Position numbers and translations under genes: made by a program
Notes under the pieces: generated by a model
The model's input: only the letters and a program-made list of their open reading frames with translations
Databases searched by the model: none
Told to the model about the DNA's origin: nothing
Assembly (NCBI RefSeq): GCF_000015025.1
Contig: NC_008578.1
Span: 240,001-272,000 of the forward strand
DNA from: Acidothermus cellulolyticus 11B
GTDB lineage: Bacteria > Actinomycetota > Actinomycetes > Acidothermales > Acidothermaceae
Length of the DNA: 32,000 bases
Direction of reading: 5' to 3'
Part shown: positions 1-8,605 of the stretch, piece after piece
How the letters are laid out: each line of letters starts with the position of its first letter
How positions within the stretch are numbered: position 1 is the first letter of the stretch

Positions 1-260
1 ATCGGGCGGCCGCAGCGACCGTCCGCCGATTGCCGCCGGCGCGGGTCGCGGAATTCTTTGCCGGCCGGCAGGCGGAGGAGCTTGCCGCCGCGTGCCTCCG
101 GCTTGCCCAGCAGGCGGAGCGGGCCGCGGCCCGCCAGCGGCATCCATAGCGGAAGCCGTTGGCGCAAAGCCGCCGGCGCAAAGCCGGGGGATCAAACCGT
201 TGGGACAAAATCTTCCCCTCTGGTCACAAGGCCGGACGACGTCCCGCCGATGCACATGTC

Positions 261-656
261 GTGAGCGGCTATGTGACGTTCCAGCTCGGTTCGCAGGAAC
301 TGGCCTGTCCGTTGCACGACGTGCGGGAAGTCGTCCGCTTGAACCGCATGCACACCCTGCCCGGGCTGAATGCCGGGGTCAGCGGGCTGTTGGAATTGCG
401 TGGCTCCCCCCTCCCCGTGGTTGATGTCCGAACGGACGCGCAGAGCCGTGGTGATGTGCTCGTCTTGCAGGCCGAAACGCTCGGCGTCGTCGTCGATCGA
501 GTGACCGGCGTGATCACCGATGATGTTCTGGTGCCGGCATCGGTGCGGCCCGAACGCCTGCCCGGCTACGTCCGGGACGTTCTGGTTGACGTGACCAGGG
601 GCGAGCCGGTGCTCCTTGTCGACCTGCATGCTCTGGCGGCGGTGAGTGCCGGCTGA
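261..656 (+). CDS. CheW-like single-domain protein (orphan coupling-protein fold)
   Basis: Track ORF 159..656. From VSGYVTFQLGSQELACPLHDVREVVRLNRMHTLPGLNAGVSGLLELRGSPLPVVDVR through LGVVVDRVTGV to VLLVDLHAL, the translation follows the CheW-domain pattern (F-x-l, V-x-E-V, t-lPG, G-l-x-LRG-x-x-PvvDvR, vvVD-V-x-V). The first ~34 codons from TTG 159 are Arg/Gly/Ser-rich and not protein-like, so I placed the start at GTG 261. GTG 273 is an alternative. Confidence 0.7.
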   Translation: MSGYVTFQLGSQELACPLHDVREVVRLNRMHTLPGLNAGVSGLLELRGSPLPVVDVRTDAQSRGDVLVLQAETLGVVVDRVTGVITDDVLVPASVRPERLPGYVRDVLVDVTRGEPVLLVDLHALAAVSAG

Positions 657-735
657 TCCACAGGATCGGTCCGCCACAGTCCCGGCATAGACTGCTCCGG
701 TCTGGAGGGGCGGACCGGTATCGTGCGGGCGAGAG

Positions 736-2193
736 ATGTCTCTCCACGACCTGGCGGCTGACAACTCCTGGGCGGCCCGGCTGGTCCTGCAGCGCGGGAT
801 CGCCGCCGTTTACGTCATCGCGTTTCTGTCCGGCCTCGCGCAATTTCCCGCCCTGCTTGGTGAGCGGGGCCTTCTGCCGGTGCCGCGGTTCGTCCGGATC
901 GCCGGCCGGCGACGGTCGCCGAGCATCTTCTGCTGGCACTACTCGGACCGGTTCTTCCGGCTGCTGGCCGCCGCCGGGGCGCTCATCGGTGTCACGGTAG
1001 TCGCCGGCTTGCCGCAATTGGGTCCGCCGTGGCTGCCCGCCGTCGGCTTCCTCGTCATGTGGGCGATCTATCTGTCGATCGTCAACGTCGGCCAGATTTT
1101 CTATGCGTTCGGCTGGGAGTCCCTGCTGCTCGAAGCCGGCTTCTTCGCGGCCTTTCTCGGCTCCGATTCGACCGCTCCGCCGTGGCCGGTCATCTACTGC
1201 TTCCGCTGGCTGGTCTTCCGGCTCGAATTCGGCGCCGGAATGATTAAGATGCGCGGCGATCCGTGTTGGCGGGATTTCACGTGTCTGTATTATCACCACG
1301 AGACGCAGCCGATGCCCGGACCGTTCTCGTGGTATTTCCATCGCCTGCCGAAAATCCTGCACCGCGTGGAGGTTGCCGCAAACCATTTCGCCCAACTGAT
1401 CGTGCCGTTCGGCTTGTTCGCGCCGCAGCCGGCGGCGTCGATCGCGGCCGCGGTGGTCATCGTGACGCAATTGTGGCTGGTGGCCTCCGGCAACTTCGCC
1501 TGGTTGAACTGGCTCACCATCGTCCTGGCGTTCTCCGCGGTGGACGACGGTTTTCTCCACCTGCGCCATGCTCCGGCGTCGTCGCTCGGACCGGTGTGGT
1601 GGGTCGGTGTGGTCTGCGCCTTCACCGCGCTGGTCGTCGTCCTCAGCTATTGGCCGACCCGGAACCTGGTCTCCCGCCATCAATTGATGAACGCTCCATT
1701 CAACCGATTTCACCTGGTCAATGCGTACGGCGCGTTCGGGAGCATCACCCGCTACCGGGATGAAATCGTCGTTGAGGGCACGGACGCCGATCGCATCGAC
1801 GCGTCCACCTCGTGGTTGGAGTATGAATTCAAAGGCAAGCCCGGTACGCCGATCCGCCGGCCCCGGCAGTACGCGCCGTACCACCTTCGCCTGGACTGGC
1901 TGATGTGGTTCGCGGCCATGTCGTCCCCGGAGCGGCACCCGTGGTTCGTCGCCTTTCTCGTCCGCCTCCTGGAGGGTGATCCCGCGACTCTCCGGTTGCT
2001 TGCCCGCAATCCGTTTCCGGACCGGCCTCCGCGGTATGTCCGCGCGCTGCTGTACCGCTATCGCTTCACGACGTGGCGGGAGCGCCGCCGCACCGGCGCC
2101 TGGTGGTCACGAGAGTTGCTCGGCACCTACACGCTGCCGCTTGCGCTCTACGGTCTTGGCGGTACGGCGCATGCGCGGGGCGGGGACCGGTAG
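736..2193 (+). CDS. Lipase maturation factor (LMF1/TMEM112)-family polytopic membrane protein
   Basis: Track ORF 736..2193, ATG start, 485 aa, multiple hydrophobic helices. It contains the blocks I recognise from the LMF1 family: [69 protein letters not shown]...[30 protein letters not shown]. Confidence 0.8.
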   Translation: MSLHDLAADNSWAARLVLQRGIAAVYVIAFLSGLAQFPALLGERGLLPVPRFVRIAGRRRSPSIFCWHYSDRFFRLLAAAGALIGVTVVAGLPQLGPPWLPAVGFLVMWAIYLSIVNVGQIFYAFGWESLLLEAGFFAAFLGSDSTAPPWPVIYCFRWLVFRLEFGAGMIKMRGDPCWRDFTCLYYHHETQPMPGPFSWYFHRLPKILHRVEVAANHFAQLIVPFGLFAPQPAASIAAAVVIVTQLWLVASGNFAWLNWLTIVLAFSAVDDGFLHLRHAPASSLGPVWWVGVVCAFTALVVVLSYWPTRNLVSRHQLMNAPFNRFHLVNAYGAFGSITRYRDEIVVEGTDADRIDASTSWLEYEFKGKPGTPIRRPRQYAPYHLRLDWLMWFAAMSSPERHPWFVAFLVRLLEGDPATLRLLARNPFPDRPPRYVRALLYRYRFTTWRERRRTGAWWSRELLGTYTLPLALYGLGGTAHARGGDR

Positions 2194-2203
2194 GCTCGGC
2201 GGC

Positions 2204-3151
2204 ATGTCCAGCAGACCAGTCCGGATCGGCGTACGGCTTGCCGCGGACCAATCCGGAGTGGGCCGTTCGCCGGCCACCGGCGAAGTGCCGCTGGATTTTC
2301 CCCGCGACTGGGTGGAATTCGTCGATCCGGCGGATCCGGAGCAGCTGTTCCGCTGCGACCTCACCTGGCTGACCTCGCGCTGGGCGTGCATTTTCCGCTC
2401 CGGGTGCCCGGGAATTGTCGCCGGTCGTCCGGACGACGGCTGCTGCACGCACGGGGCTTTCTATTCCGGGAGAGACGATGAGCGCCGGGTTCGGGAGGCC
2501 GCCCGCCGGCTGGATCCGTCCACCTGGCAGTACTTTCGGGCCGCCCGCCGGGGCATCTCCACCGTCGTCGACGGCAAGCGGCGGACCCGGATCGTCGATG
2601 GGGCGTGCATTTTTCTTAACCGGCCGGATTTTCCGGGCGGCGCGGGCTGCGCGCTGCACTCCTTGGCGCTGCGCACCGGTCGTCATCCGATGGAGACAAA
2701 GCCGGACGTGTGCTGGCAGCTGCCGATCCGCCGGACGTTTGAGCGAATCCGCCGTCCGGATGGGAGCCGGGTCTGGCTCGTGACCATCGGTGAATACGAC
2801 CGTCGCGGATGGGGTCCCGGCGGCCTTGACCTTGACTGGTGGTGTACGTCGTCACCGTCGGCCCATCACGGATCCGTGCCGCTGTTCCGGGCGTACCGGA
2901 ACGAGTTGACGGCACTGATGGGCGAGCCTGCGTACCGCGAATTGGCCCGGCACTGCGAACGGCGGCTTGCCGCATCCCAGCTCGTTGCCCCGCATCCGGC
3001 GGATCCCGTCAGACGACCGGTACCGGCTTCCGATGCCCGGCCGGCCGGGCGGCGAGGTCGACGAGCTGATGAAGGCGCCGGACCCCCCACCGCCAGAGCG
3101 GCGGGCAGCACAGGAGGATCAGCACGCCGGCGGTCGTCAACCCGGCAATGA
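2204..3151 (+). CDS. Cys-rich conserved protein, YkgJ/UPF0153-like putative Fe-S or Zn-binding protein
   Basis: In-frame ATG 2204 (MSSRPVRIG...) within track ORF 1976..3151. The upstream part overlaps the LMF gene and was discarded. Cysteine pattern: C-x6-C-x12-CC ([22 protein letters not shown]), then DGACIFLN...GCALH...KPDVCWQLP, resembling the YkgJ-type CxxCxxCC...G-C-FL...C...P-x-x-C arrangement. The Arg/Ala/Gly-rich C-terminal tail runs to the first in-frame stop at 3151. Confidence 0.55.
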   Translation: MSSRPVRIGVRLAADQSGVGRSPATGEVPLDFPRDWVEFVDPADPEQLFRCDLTWLTSRWACIFRSGCPGIVAGRPDDGCCTHGAFYSGRDDERRVREAARRLDPSTWQYFRAARRGISTVVDGKRRTRIVDGACIFLNRPDFPGGAGCALHSLALRTGRHPMETKPDVCWQLPIRRTFERIRRPDGSRVWLVTIGEYDRRGWGPGGLDLDWWCTSSPSAHHGSVPLFRAYRNELTALMGEPAYRELARHCERRLAASQLVAPHPADPVRRPVPASDARPAGRRGRRADEGAGPPTARAAGSTGGSARRRSSTRQ

Positions 3152-5939
3152 CGTATCCGGCGAGCTCAACCGGCGAAAGCCGGTACGTCAGGACGACGTG
3201 ATGCGGCCGGCCGTCGTCCGGCAGGGGAATCCACATCATCCCGGGGCCGGCCAGGTAGCTGCGCGCGGGCCGGCCGTCGAGCGTCACCTGCCAGTCCGGC
3301 GCGCGCTGTTCCTTGACGAGCACGCCGTTGGCTGGACCGGTTACGTTGATGACACGGTGATCGGTGTTGACGACGTCATACCGGACGCCCGCACCGCCGG
3401 CGCCGGCCGTCTGAGGTTTGCCGGGATCCGGCCTGCCGGTGAGCAATTGGGCGAGCAGCCTGCTCTCGGCCGGCTGTCCGAATACGTCCGTGTGGTACGG
3501 CAGCGCGAGTCCGCTCCAGACCGAGCGGCCCGCACCCAGGACGCCGGACACCAGGACCGTCTTGCGTTGCGCTTTGAGCACCGGCTGTCCCCATGGCGCT
3601 AACGAAATTGCGGCCGAGACGACCCATTGATTCGTTCCGGCGTACGATGCCGGCCCGAAACCGTCGAGAATCGCGGCGTCGACGCCGGACATGCTGCCCG
3701 TCCAATCCCACGCCGGGCCGCGAATAACGGCGTTGTGCACGGATCGGACCGGGAGTGGATTGCCTGCCGTGCGGAGCAGTTTGGCGATGTCGCGGTCGTC
3801 CGCGCTGTCCGCGAAGAGCGTTCCGCCCTGCATGACGAATTCGCGCAGCAACGCGGCGTCCCGCTTCGGATGTGTCACCGCCGCGCCGTAAAGAACAACG
3901 GTGTCGACGTGGGCGAGCAAGGCACGGCTGACGTCATCAATACGGGCAGGGCCCTGCACCGGGATGAGCGTGTCGCTTCCGATGTCGGCATATGACAGCG
4001 CGCGGAGAAAGAGGTCGTAATGCCGGGTGTCGCCAATGACGAGCACAATGGGAACCCGCGTTGCGGAAACGATCGGCCGCGCTCTCGTGTAGCGGTAGCT
4101 GGACAGCACGGCGTATCGGGTGTCTTGCGCGAGAAGGGTGAAACGGCTGGGGTCGTCGTACATGCCGGTCGGTCCGGCGCCGGAGTCGGTGTCGATCCAC
4201 TTGACGGCGTACCAGTCGAGGAGAAAATCACGCTCCGCCGCGGTGAAGGATGGTTTGACCAGGGCGGATTCCAGCCAGTACTGCCAGTCCAGGTGAAGGA
4301 CGCCGTGGTCGTCGTAGCCACGGTCCTGCGGCGCATCGGAGTATTCGTTTATCCATTTCGTCACCGAGTCGGCGACTCCGGCAACCCGGAAATCCCGTTG
4401 CCCGGTGGCCTCTTCGGGGAAGACCGCGAGCCGGGCCTGCTGGGCGGGGATGTCGTTGCGTTTGACTTGTTTGGGGAGCAGCGGTCCGGTCACCGCGACC
4501 GCTGCTCCGACCGCTGCCGTCACGGTGGCCGCTGCGATTCCGCCGGCGAGAGCACGGGTGAGCCGACGACGCCACGTGCGGCGTACCCGATCGATTCGGT
4601 CACGGGTCAGTCGGACGGCGATGCCAACGGCCAGGCCGCAGACCACAGCGCAGCAGACGCCGGGGTAGACGAGGAGGTCGGTCGGTTGCAGGCCGTTTAT
4701 GTAGTAGGGGAAACGGCGGTCCAGGTACCCGATGAATCCGTAGCAGAGAAACGGCAGCGTGCCGAGGGCAAAGAAAACCGCCAGCCGTAACGGATATCCG
4801 GCAAGCTGGTGGCGCCGCCGCCATCGAAGGTATCGGCGCAGTTCGGGGTGGTTCGCGCGGCCGGATATGTTCACCGTCCGGCTCGAACTCAGCCAGATAA
4901 TGTCTTCTCCCAGGCTTTCCCGCGCTGACACACTGATCGCCGGAGCCCGGTGGAGTCGTGCGGCGAGGATGCCGACCATCAGGGTGACGGCCAGCGTGCC
5001 GGGCAGGAGCGCGTCGAGCGAATGGCCGGCGGGCCAGAGAACGAGCCGCCAATTCAGGGGCACCTCGAAATCCGTGAATGCGCTCTGGCTGCGCTTCTCC
5101 AGCACGAGCGGCAGGTAGAAGTACGCCGCCATCGCCAGCGGGACACCAGTCAGTCCGGCGGCCGTCGCGAATCGGACACCAATGGGCATCGTTGGCGACA
5201 GGAGCACCACACCCGCAACCGCCAGCAATCCAATTGCTCCGACTATGGGATGCGTGCCAAGCGCGGCCGCGAGAAAGCAACAGCACCCGAGGGCGGCGAA
5301 CCGTCCCCCGCGGATTGCGAATCGTATCGCGCAGGCGAGCGCCGGGACGGCGAAGGCCAGCGCGGTGAAACGCGGATACAGGCCGAGGACGACGTTCTGC
5401 GACCAGACCGTCGGCGTCGCTGCGGTCAGCCCGCCCGCGCAGAGGGCGGCGAGCCGGCTGCCGATCGCGGCACGGACCGCCGCGTAGGTGCCGATGACGA
5501 GTAGCACGAGGGCCGAGGCGGTCACCAGATTCATCGCCGCCGGAAAAGACAGCTTTCCCAACCGTGCGACGGCGAGCAGAAGTACGTGGTAGCCGGGCGG
5601 GTAGCTTCCGGTGAAGGTCGGCTGACCGGAGTACCACTCGTAGTTCCACCAGATATGCGGCCAATTCTCCGCAAGGAACGTCACTTTCGACAGGTGCCCC
5701 ATGGCGTCGTACCCCTTGGGGAACCCGGTGAAGGCATCCGCCCGCTTGCCGAGGAACAACACGATCGCGGCCAGGCCGACCGCCTCTCCGGTGGTGCGCA
5801 ACCATCCGGTCAGCCGGACCAGCGGCCGGACCCACCCGCGGCCGCGGTCTGTGACGGCCGGCCCGCCGGTGACGCCGCCGGCGGGCGTGTCGCCGACGGC
5901 CCTGGTATCAGCGGCAGCTGCGCGAGGGATGACCGGCAC
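3009..5939 (-). CDS. Large polytopic membrane protein, GT-C-fold / 'PTPS-related' (COG5617-like), with a big extracytoplasmic C-terminal region and a C-terminal TM anchor
   Basis: Track ORF 3009..6341 (-). I placed the start at in-frame GTG 5939 because anything further upstream would run through the radA promoter and start. The N-terminal half has about 12 or more hydrophobic segments and the string [11 protein letters not shown]...[29 protein letters not shown], which resembles the D-x-x-GH / WNPYWY-G-x-P...YPP signature of PF10131-type membrane proteins. The C-terminal ~500 aa are soluble-like and include a GATase1/ThuA-like stretch [18 protein letters not shown]...VDTVVLYG...[13 protein letters not shown]. 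The protein ends in a hydrophobic helix, [20 protein letters not shown]. Confidence 0.6.
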   Translation of the reverse strand: MPVIPRAAAADTRAVGDTPAGGVTGGPAVTDRGRGWVRPLVRLTGWLRTTGEAVGLAAIVLFLGKRADAFTGFPKGYDAMGHLSKVTFLAENWPHIWWNYEWYSGQPTFTGSYPPGYHVLLLAVARLGKLSFPAAMNLVTASALVLLVIGTYAAVRAAIGSRLAALCAGGLTAATPTVWSQNVVLGLYPRFTALAFAVPALACAIRFAIRGGRFAALGCCCFLAAALGTHPIVGAIGLLAVAGVVLLSPTMPIGVRFATAAGLTGVPLAMAAYFYLPLVLEKRSQSAFTDFEVPLNWRLVLWPAGHSLDALLPGTLAVTLMVGILAARLHRAPAISVSARESLGEDIIWLSSSRTVNISGRANHPELRRYLRWRRRHQLAGYPLRLAVFFALGTLPFLCYGFIGYLDRRFPYYINGLQPTDLLVYPGVCCAVVCGLAVGIAVRLTRDRIDRVRRTWRRRLTRALAGGIAAATVTAAVGAAVAVTGPLLPKQVKRNDIPAQQARLAVFPEEATGQRDFRVAGVADSVTKWINEYSDAPQDRGYDDHGVLHLDWQYWLESALVKPSFTAAERDFLLDWYAVKWIDTDSGAGPTGMYDDPSRFTLLAQDTRYAVLSSYRYTRARPIVSATRVPIVLVIGDTRHYDLFLRALSYADIGSDTLIPVQGPARIDDVSRALLAHVDTVVLYGAAVTHPKRDAALLREFVMQGGTLFADSADDRDIAKLLRTAGNPLPVRSVHNAVIRGPAWDWTGSMSGVDAAILDGFGPASYAGTNQWVVSAAISLAPWGQPVLKAQRKTVLVSGVLGAGRSVWSGLALPYHTDVFGQPAESRLLAQLLTGRPDPGKPQTAGAGGAGVRYDVVNTDHRVINVTGPANGVLVKEQRAPDWQVTLDGRPARSYLAGPGMMWIPLPDDGRPHHVVLTYRLSPVELAGYVIAGLTTAGVLILLCCPPLWRWGVRRLHQLVDLAARPAGHRKPVPVV

Positions 5940-5978
5940 ACCGGTTGACTCGGTGTGCTGTGGCCGAGCCTTGATTTT

Positions 5979-6001
5979 TTGTCGGTGGTGGTCCTTAGGC
6001 T
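5979..6001 (+). promoter_or_regulatory. RecA-NDp (PafBC-type) DNA-damage promoter for radA: TTGTCGGTG-N8-TAGGCT
   Basis: The sequence ttgtcggtg (5979-5987), gtggtcct (8 nt), taggct (5996-6001) is an exact fit to the mycobacterial RecA-independent promoter consensus tTGTCRgtg-8nt-TAnnnT. The -10 ends 7 nt before the radA ATG (6009), which implies a leaderless transcript. An unusual T6 tract lies just upstream. Confidence 0.6.
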
Positions 6002-6008
6002 CCGGGTC

Positions 6009-7391
6009 ATGTCGCGAACGGTGTATCGGTGTGTCGAATGCGGGTGGATGACGCCCAAATGGCTGGGGCGCTGCGGTGGTTGCCGATCGTGGGAGACACT
6101 GCAGGCCGAGGAGCCGGGGCGGCAATCGCGCAGTCACCGGGCACCGCCGGCACGACCCGCGGTGCCGATTGACGCGGTGGATGCATCCACCGCGCGACCG
6201 CTGCCGACCGGGGTCGGTGAATTCGACCGGGTTCTGGGCGGCGGCCTCGTTCCGGGCTCGGTTGTGCTGTTCGCCGGGGAGCCGGGCATCGGCAAATCGA
6301 CCCTGCTGCTCGATGCCGCGGCGCGGTTCACCCGCCGGCACGGCACAGCGCTGTATGTGACTGCCGAGGAATCGGCCGGCCAGGTGCGGGCGCGCGCCGA
6401 TCGGATCGGTGCGCTGGCACCGCGGCTCTATCTCGCGGCGGAGACGTCACTTGAGGCTGTGGAAGCGCAGGTCGCGGCGGTTCATCCGGCGTTGCTCATT
6501 GTCGATTCGGTGCAGACGGTCTGTGCGGACGGCGTGGACGGCACACCCGGCGGCGTCTCCCAGGTGCGGGAAGTGGCCGCCGCGATGATCCGGCTGGCGA
6601 AAAGCCATCAACTGACCGTCGTCCTGATCGGGCACGTCACCAAGGATGGTCTGATCGCCGGTCCCCGGTTGCTGGAACATGCGGTCGACGTCGTCCTTTC
6701 TTTCGAGGGTGACCGTACCGGCGGGCTCCGGTTGCTTCGTCCGGCGAAGAACCGGTTCGGGACCTGCGAGGATGTCGGCTGTTTCCGGCTCACCGCCGGC
6801 GGCATCGAGGAAATTCCCGATCCCAGCCTCCTTTTCGTGAGCGGTTCGCCGTCCGCCGCACCCGGCGTATGCGCCACGGTCGCGATGGAGGGCACCCGGC
6901 CGTTGGTGACGGAAATTCAGGCGCTCGTCGCCCCGTCGGCGCAGGCGGTGCCGCGGCGCTCCACCGCCGGGCTGGACGCCGCTCGGGTGGCGATGACGCT
7001 GGCGGTCGTCGAACGGCGGGCGGGCGTCGTGCTGGCCGGTCAGGACGTCTTCGTCGCGACGGTGGGCGGGGCTCGGATTCGGGAACCAGCCGGTGATCTC
7101 GCGTTAGTCCTGGCGGTGGCGAGTGCGGCGGCCGATCGACCGCTGCCGCCGGGACTCCTTGCGGTTGGCGAAGTCGGCCTCGCTGGTGAGATTCGGCCCG
7201 TGCCGGGATGGGGACGCCGGATCACGGAGGCTGGCCGCCTTGGCTTTCGCTGCGTCGTCGCGCCGGTTGGCGTTGAGGTTCCGCCGGACGGTCCGCAGGT
7301 CATCACGGCTCGTGACGTCCGGGAAGCGCTCCGGAGTGTTGCCCGGCTGGGCATTCGATCGGCCGCCGTCGACGCGGCGCTCGCAGGGTAG
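6009..7391 (+). CDS. radA: DNA repair protein RadA/Sms
   Basis: In-frame ATG 6009 of track ORF 5955..7391. N-terminal zinc ribbon YRCVECGW...GRCGGC, Walker A GEPGIGKSTLLL, the KNRFG motif (PAKNRFG), and a Lon-protease-like C-terminal domain. Confidence 0.95.
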   Translation: MSRTVYRCVECGWMTPKWLGRCGGCRSWETLQAEEPGRQSRSHRAPPARPAVPIDAVDASTARPLPTGVGEFDRVLGGGLVPGSVVLFAGEPGIGKSTLLLDAAARFTRRHGTALYVTAEESAGQVRARADRIGALAPRLYLAAETSLEAVEAQVAAVHPALLIVDSVQTVCADGVDGTPGGVSQVREVAAAMIRLAKSHQLTVVLIGHVTKDGLIAGPRLLEHAVDVVLSFEGDRTGGLRLLRPAKNRFGTCEDVGCFRLTAGGIEEIPDPSLLFVSGSPSAAPGVCATVAMEGTRPLVTEIQALVAPSAQAVPRRSTAGLDAARVAMTLAVVERRAGVVLAGQDVFVATVGGARIREPAGDLALVLAVASAAADRPLPPGLLAVGEVGLAGEIRPVPGWGRRITEAGRLGFRCVVAPVGVEVPPDGPQVITARDVREALRSVARLGIRSAAVDAALAG

Positions 7392-7452
7392 GTGCAGCGG
7401 TCGGGGGACGGACCGTGGTCTTGCGATCCAATGACCCGTCGTGATCTGCGGT

Positions 7453-7458
7453 TAGAAT
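7453..7458 (+). promoter_or_regulatory. Candidate -10 hexamer (TAGAAT) for a disA-proximal promoter
   Basis: TAnnnT-type hexamer in the 100-nt radA-disA gap, about 34 nt upstream of GTG 7492. A GGGAG Shine-Dalgarno sits at 7483-7487. This is a motif-only call. Confidence 0.3.
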
Positions 7459-7491
7459 GTCGGCGACTTCGCACACGCCTTTGGGAGCCAG

Positions 7492-8598
7492 GTGGCAGCC
7501 AACGATCGACCTGACCGCAGCGACCGGGGCGCGGATGAGCGGCTGCGGGCCACGCTGGCTGCGATCGCCCCGGGGACGCAGATGCGCGACGCGCTCGAGC
7601 GGATTCTTCGTGGCAACACCGGTGCGCTCATCGTCCTCGGCTACGACAAGACCGTCGAGTCCATTTGCAGTGGTGGTTTCAACCTCGACGTCGAGCTCTC
7701 CGCTCCGCTGATGCGCGAGCTCGCGAAGATGGACGGCGCCATCATTCTCGACGAGAAGGCGACCCGCATCATCAAGGCCAACGTTCATCTCCAGCCGGAT
7801 CCGTCAATCCCTACCAACGAGTCCGGCACCCGGCATCGGTCGGCGGAGCGGACCGCCCGGCAGACCGGTTTCCCGGTCATTTCCGTCAGCCAATCCATGC
7901 GGATCATTGCGCTGTACGTGGACGGCCGCCGGCACGTTCTCGATGAACCAAGCGCAATCTTGTCCCGGGCCAACCAGGCGCTGGCCACCCTCGAGCGCTA
8001 CAAGCTTCGTCTCGACGAGGTTTCCGGCACGCTCTCGGCACTGGAAATCGAGGATTTGGTCACCGTGCGGGACGCGGCGGTCGTCGCCCAGCGGCTGGAA
8101 ATGGTCCGGCGGATCGCCGACGAAATTCAGGGGTACGTCGTCGAGTTGGGCACCGACGGCCGCTTGCTCAGCCTGCAACTGGATGAATTGCTCGCGGGTG
8201 TGGAGCCGGAGCGCGACCTCATCGTGCGGGATTATCTGCCGGCAGCGGCCGGTAAGCGCGGCCGGAGTGTCGATGACGTGCTCCGGGATCTCGATGCGCT
8301 CACGCCTGAGGAACTTCTGGACCTCGGGACCGTCGCCCGGGTCATCGGGTGCGGCGGGACGGAGAATCTCGACAACCCGGTGAGTCCACGCGGTTACCGG
8401 CTGCTCGCGAAAATTCCACGGCTGCCGTGTGCGGTCATCGAGCGGTTGGTCGAACATTTTGGCACCTTGCAGAAACTCTTGGCGGCCAGTGTCGACGACC
8501 TGCAGGCCGTCGAGGGTGTCGGCGAGAGCCGCGCTCGCAGCGTCCGGGAGGGACTGTCCCGGCTTGCGGAATCGTCGATCCTCGAGCGATACGTGTGA
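7492..8598 (+). CDS. disA: DNA integrity scanning protein DisA (diadenylate cyclase, c-di-AMP synthase)
   Basis: Track ORF 7492..8598 (GTG start). DAC-domain motifs MDGAIILD and [11 protein letters not shown], a central helical linker, and a C-terminal HhH-type region ([19 protein letters not shown]). It lies immediately downstream of radA, as is usual. Confidence 0.95.
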   Translation: MAANDRPDRSDRGADERLRATLAAIAPGTQMRDALERILRGNTGALIVLGYDKTVESICSGGFNLDVELSAPLMRELAKMDGAIILDEKATRIIKANVHLQPDPSIPTNESGTRHRSAERTARQTGFPVISVSQSMRIIALYVDGRRHVLDEPSAILSRANQALATLERYKLRLDEVSGTLSALEIEDLVTVRDAAVVAQRLEMVRRIADEIQGYVVELGTDGRLLSLQLDELLAGVEPERDLIVRDYLPAAAGKRGRSVDDVLRDLDALTPEELLDLGTVARVIGCGGTENLDNPVSPRGYRLLAKIPRLPCAVIERLVEHFGTLQKLLAASVDDLQAVEGVGESRARSVREGLSRLAESSILERYV

Positions 8599-8605
8599 GT
8601 TGCCG

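Noticed and set aside
1-149. An edge fragment that could be either the 3' end of a + strand gene (frame 3: ...VAEFFAGRQAEELAAACLRLAQQAERAAARQRHP, stop TAG 147-149) or the 5' end of a - strand gene (ATG at 143: MPLAGRGPLRLLGKPEARGGKLLRLPAGKEF...).
   Set aside because: The two frames use the same codon boundaries on opposite strands. My hand count of per-position G/C only weakly favours the minus strand (about 88% vs 82% at the alternative wobble positions over 50 codons). Neither translation contains a recognisable motif, so I cannot support a call.
514-1938. A 474-aa ORF on the minus strand antisense to the LMF gene. There are similar long antisense ORFs at 8435..9916(-), 12572..14248(+), 17064..18239(+), 17557..18828(+), 17822..18871(+), 20150..21343(+), 24446..25678(+), 28579..29796(-), 29598..30521(-) and 31121..31945(-).
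   Set aside because: These are typical shadow ORFs of very GC-rich DNA. The translations are Arg/Pro/Gly/Ala-rich with no motifs, and each lies opposite a gene with clear family signatures.
5940-6341. An N-terminal 134-codon extension of the 3009..6341 minus-strand ORF.
   Set aside because: It would run antisense through the radA promoter and the first ~110 codons of radA. The translation (RRGIEQQGRFADARLPGEQHNRARNE...) is not protein-like. The membrane-protein signature only begins after GTG 5939.
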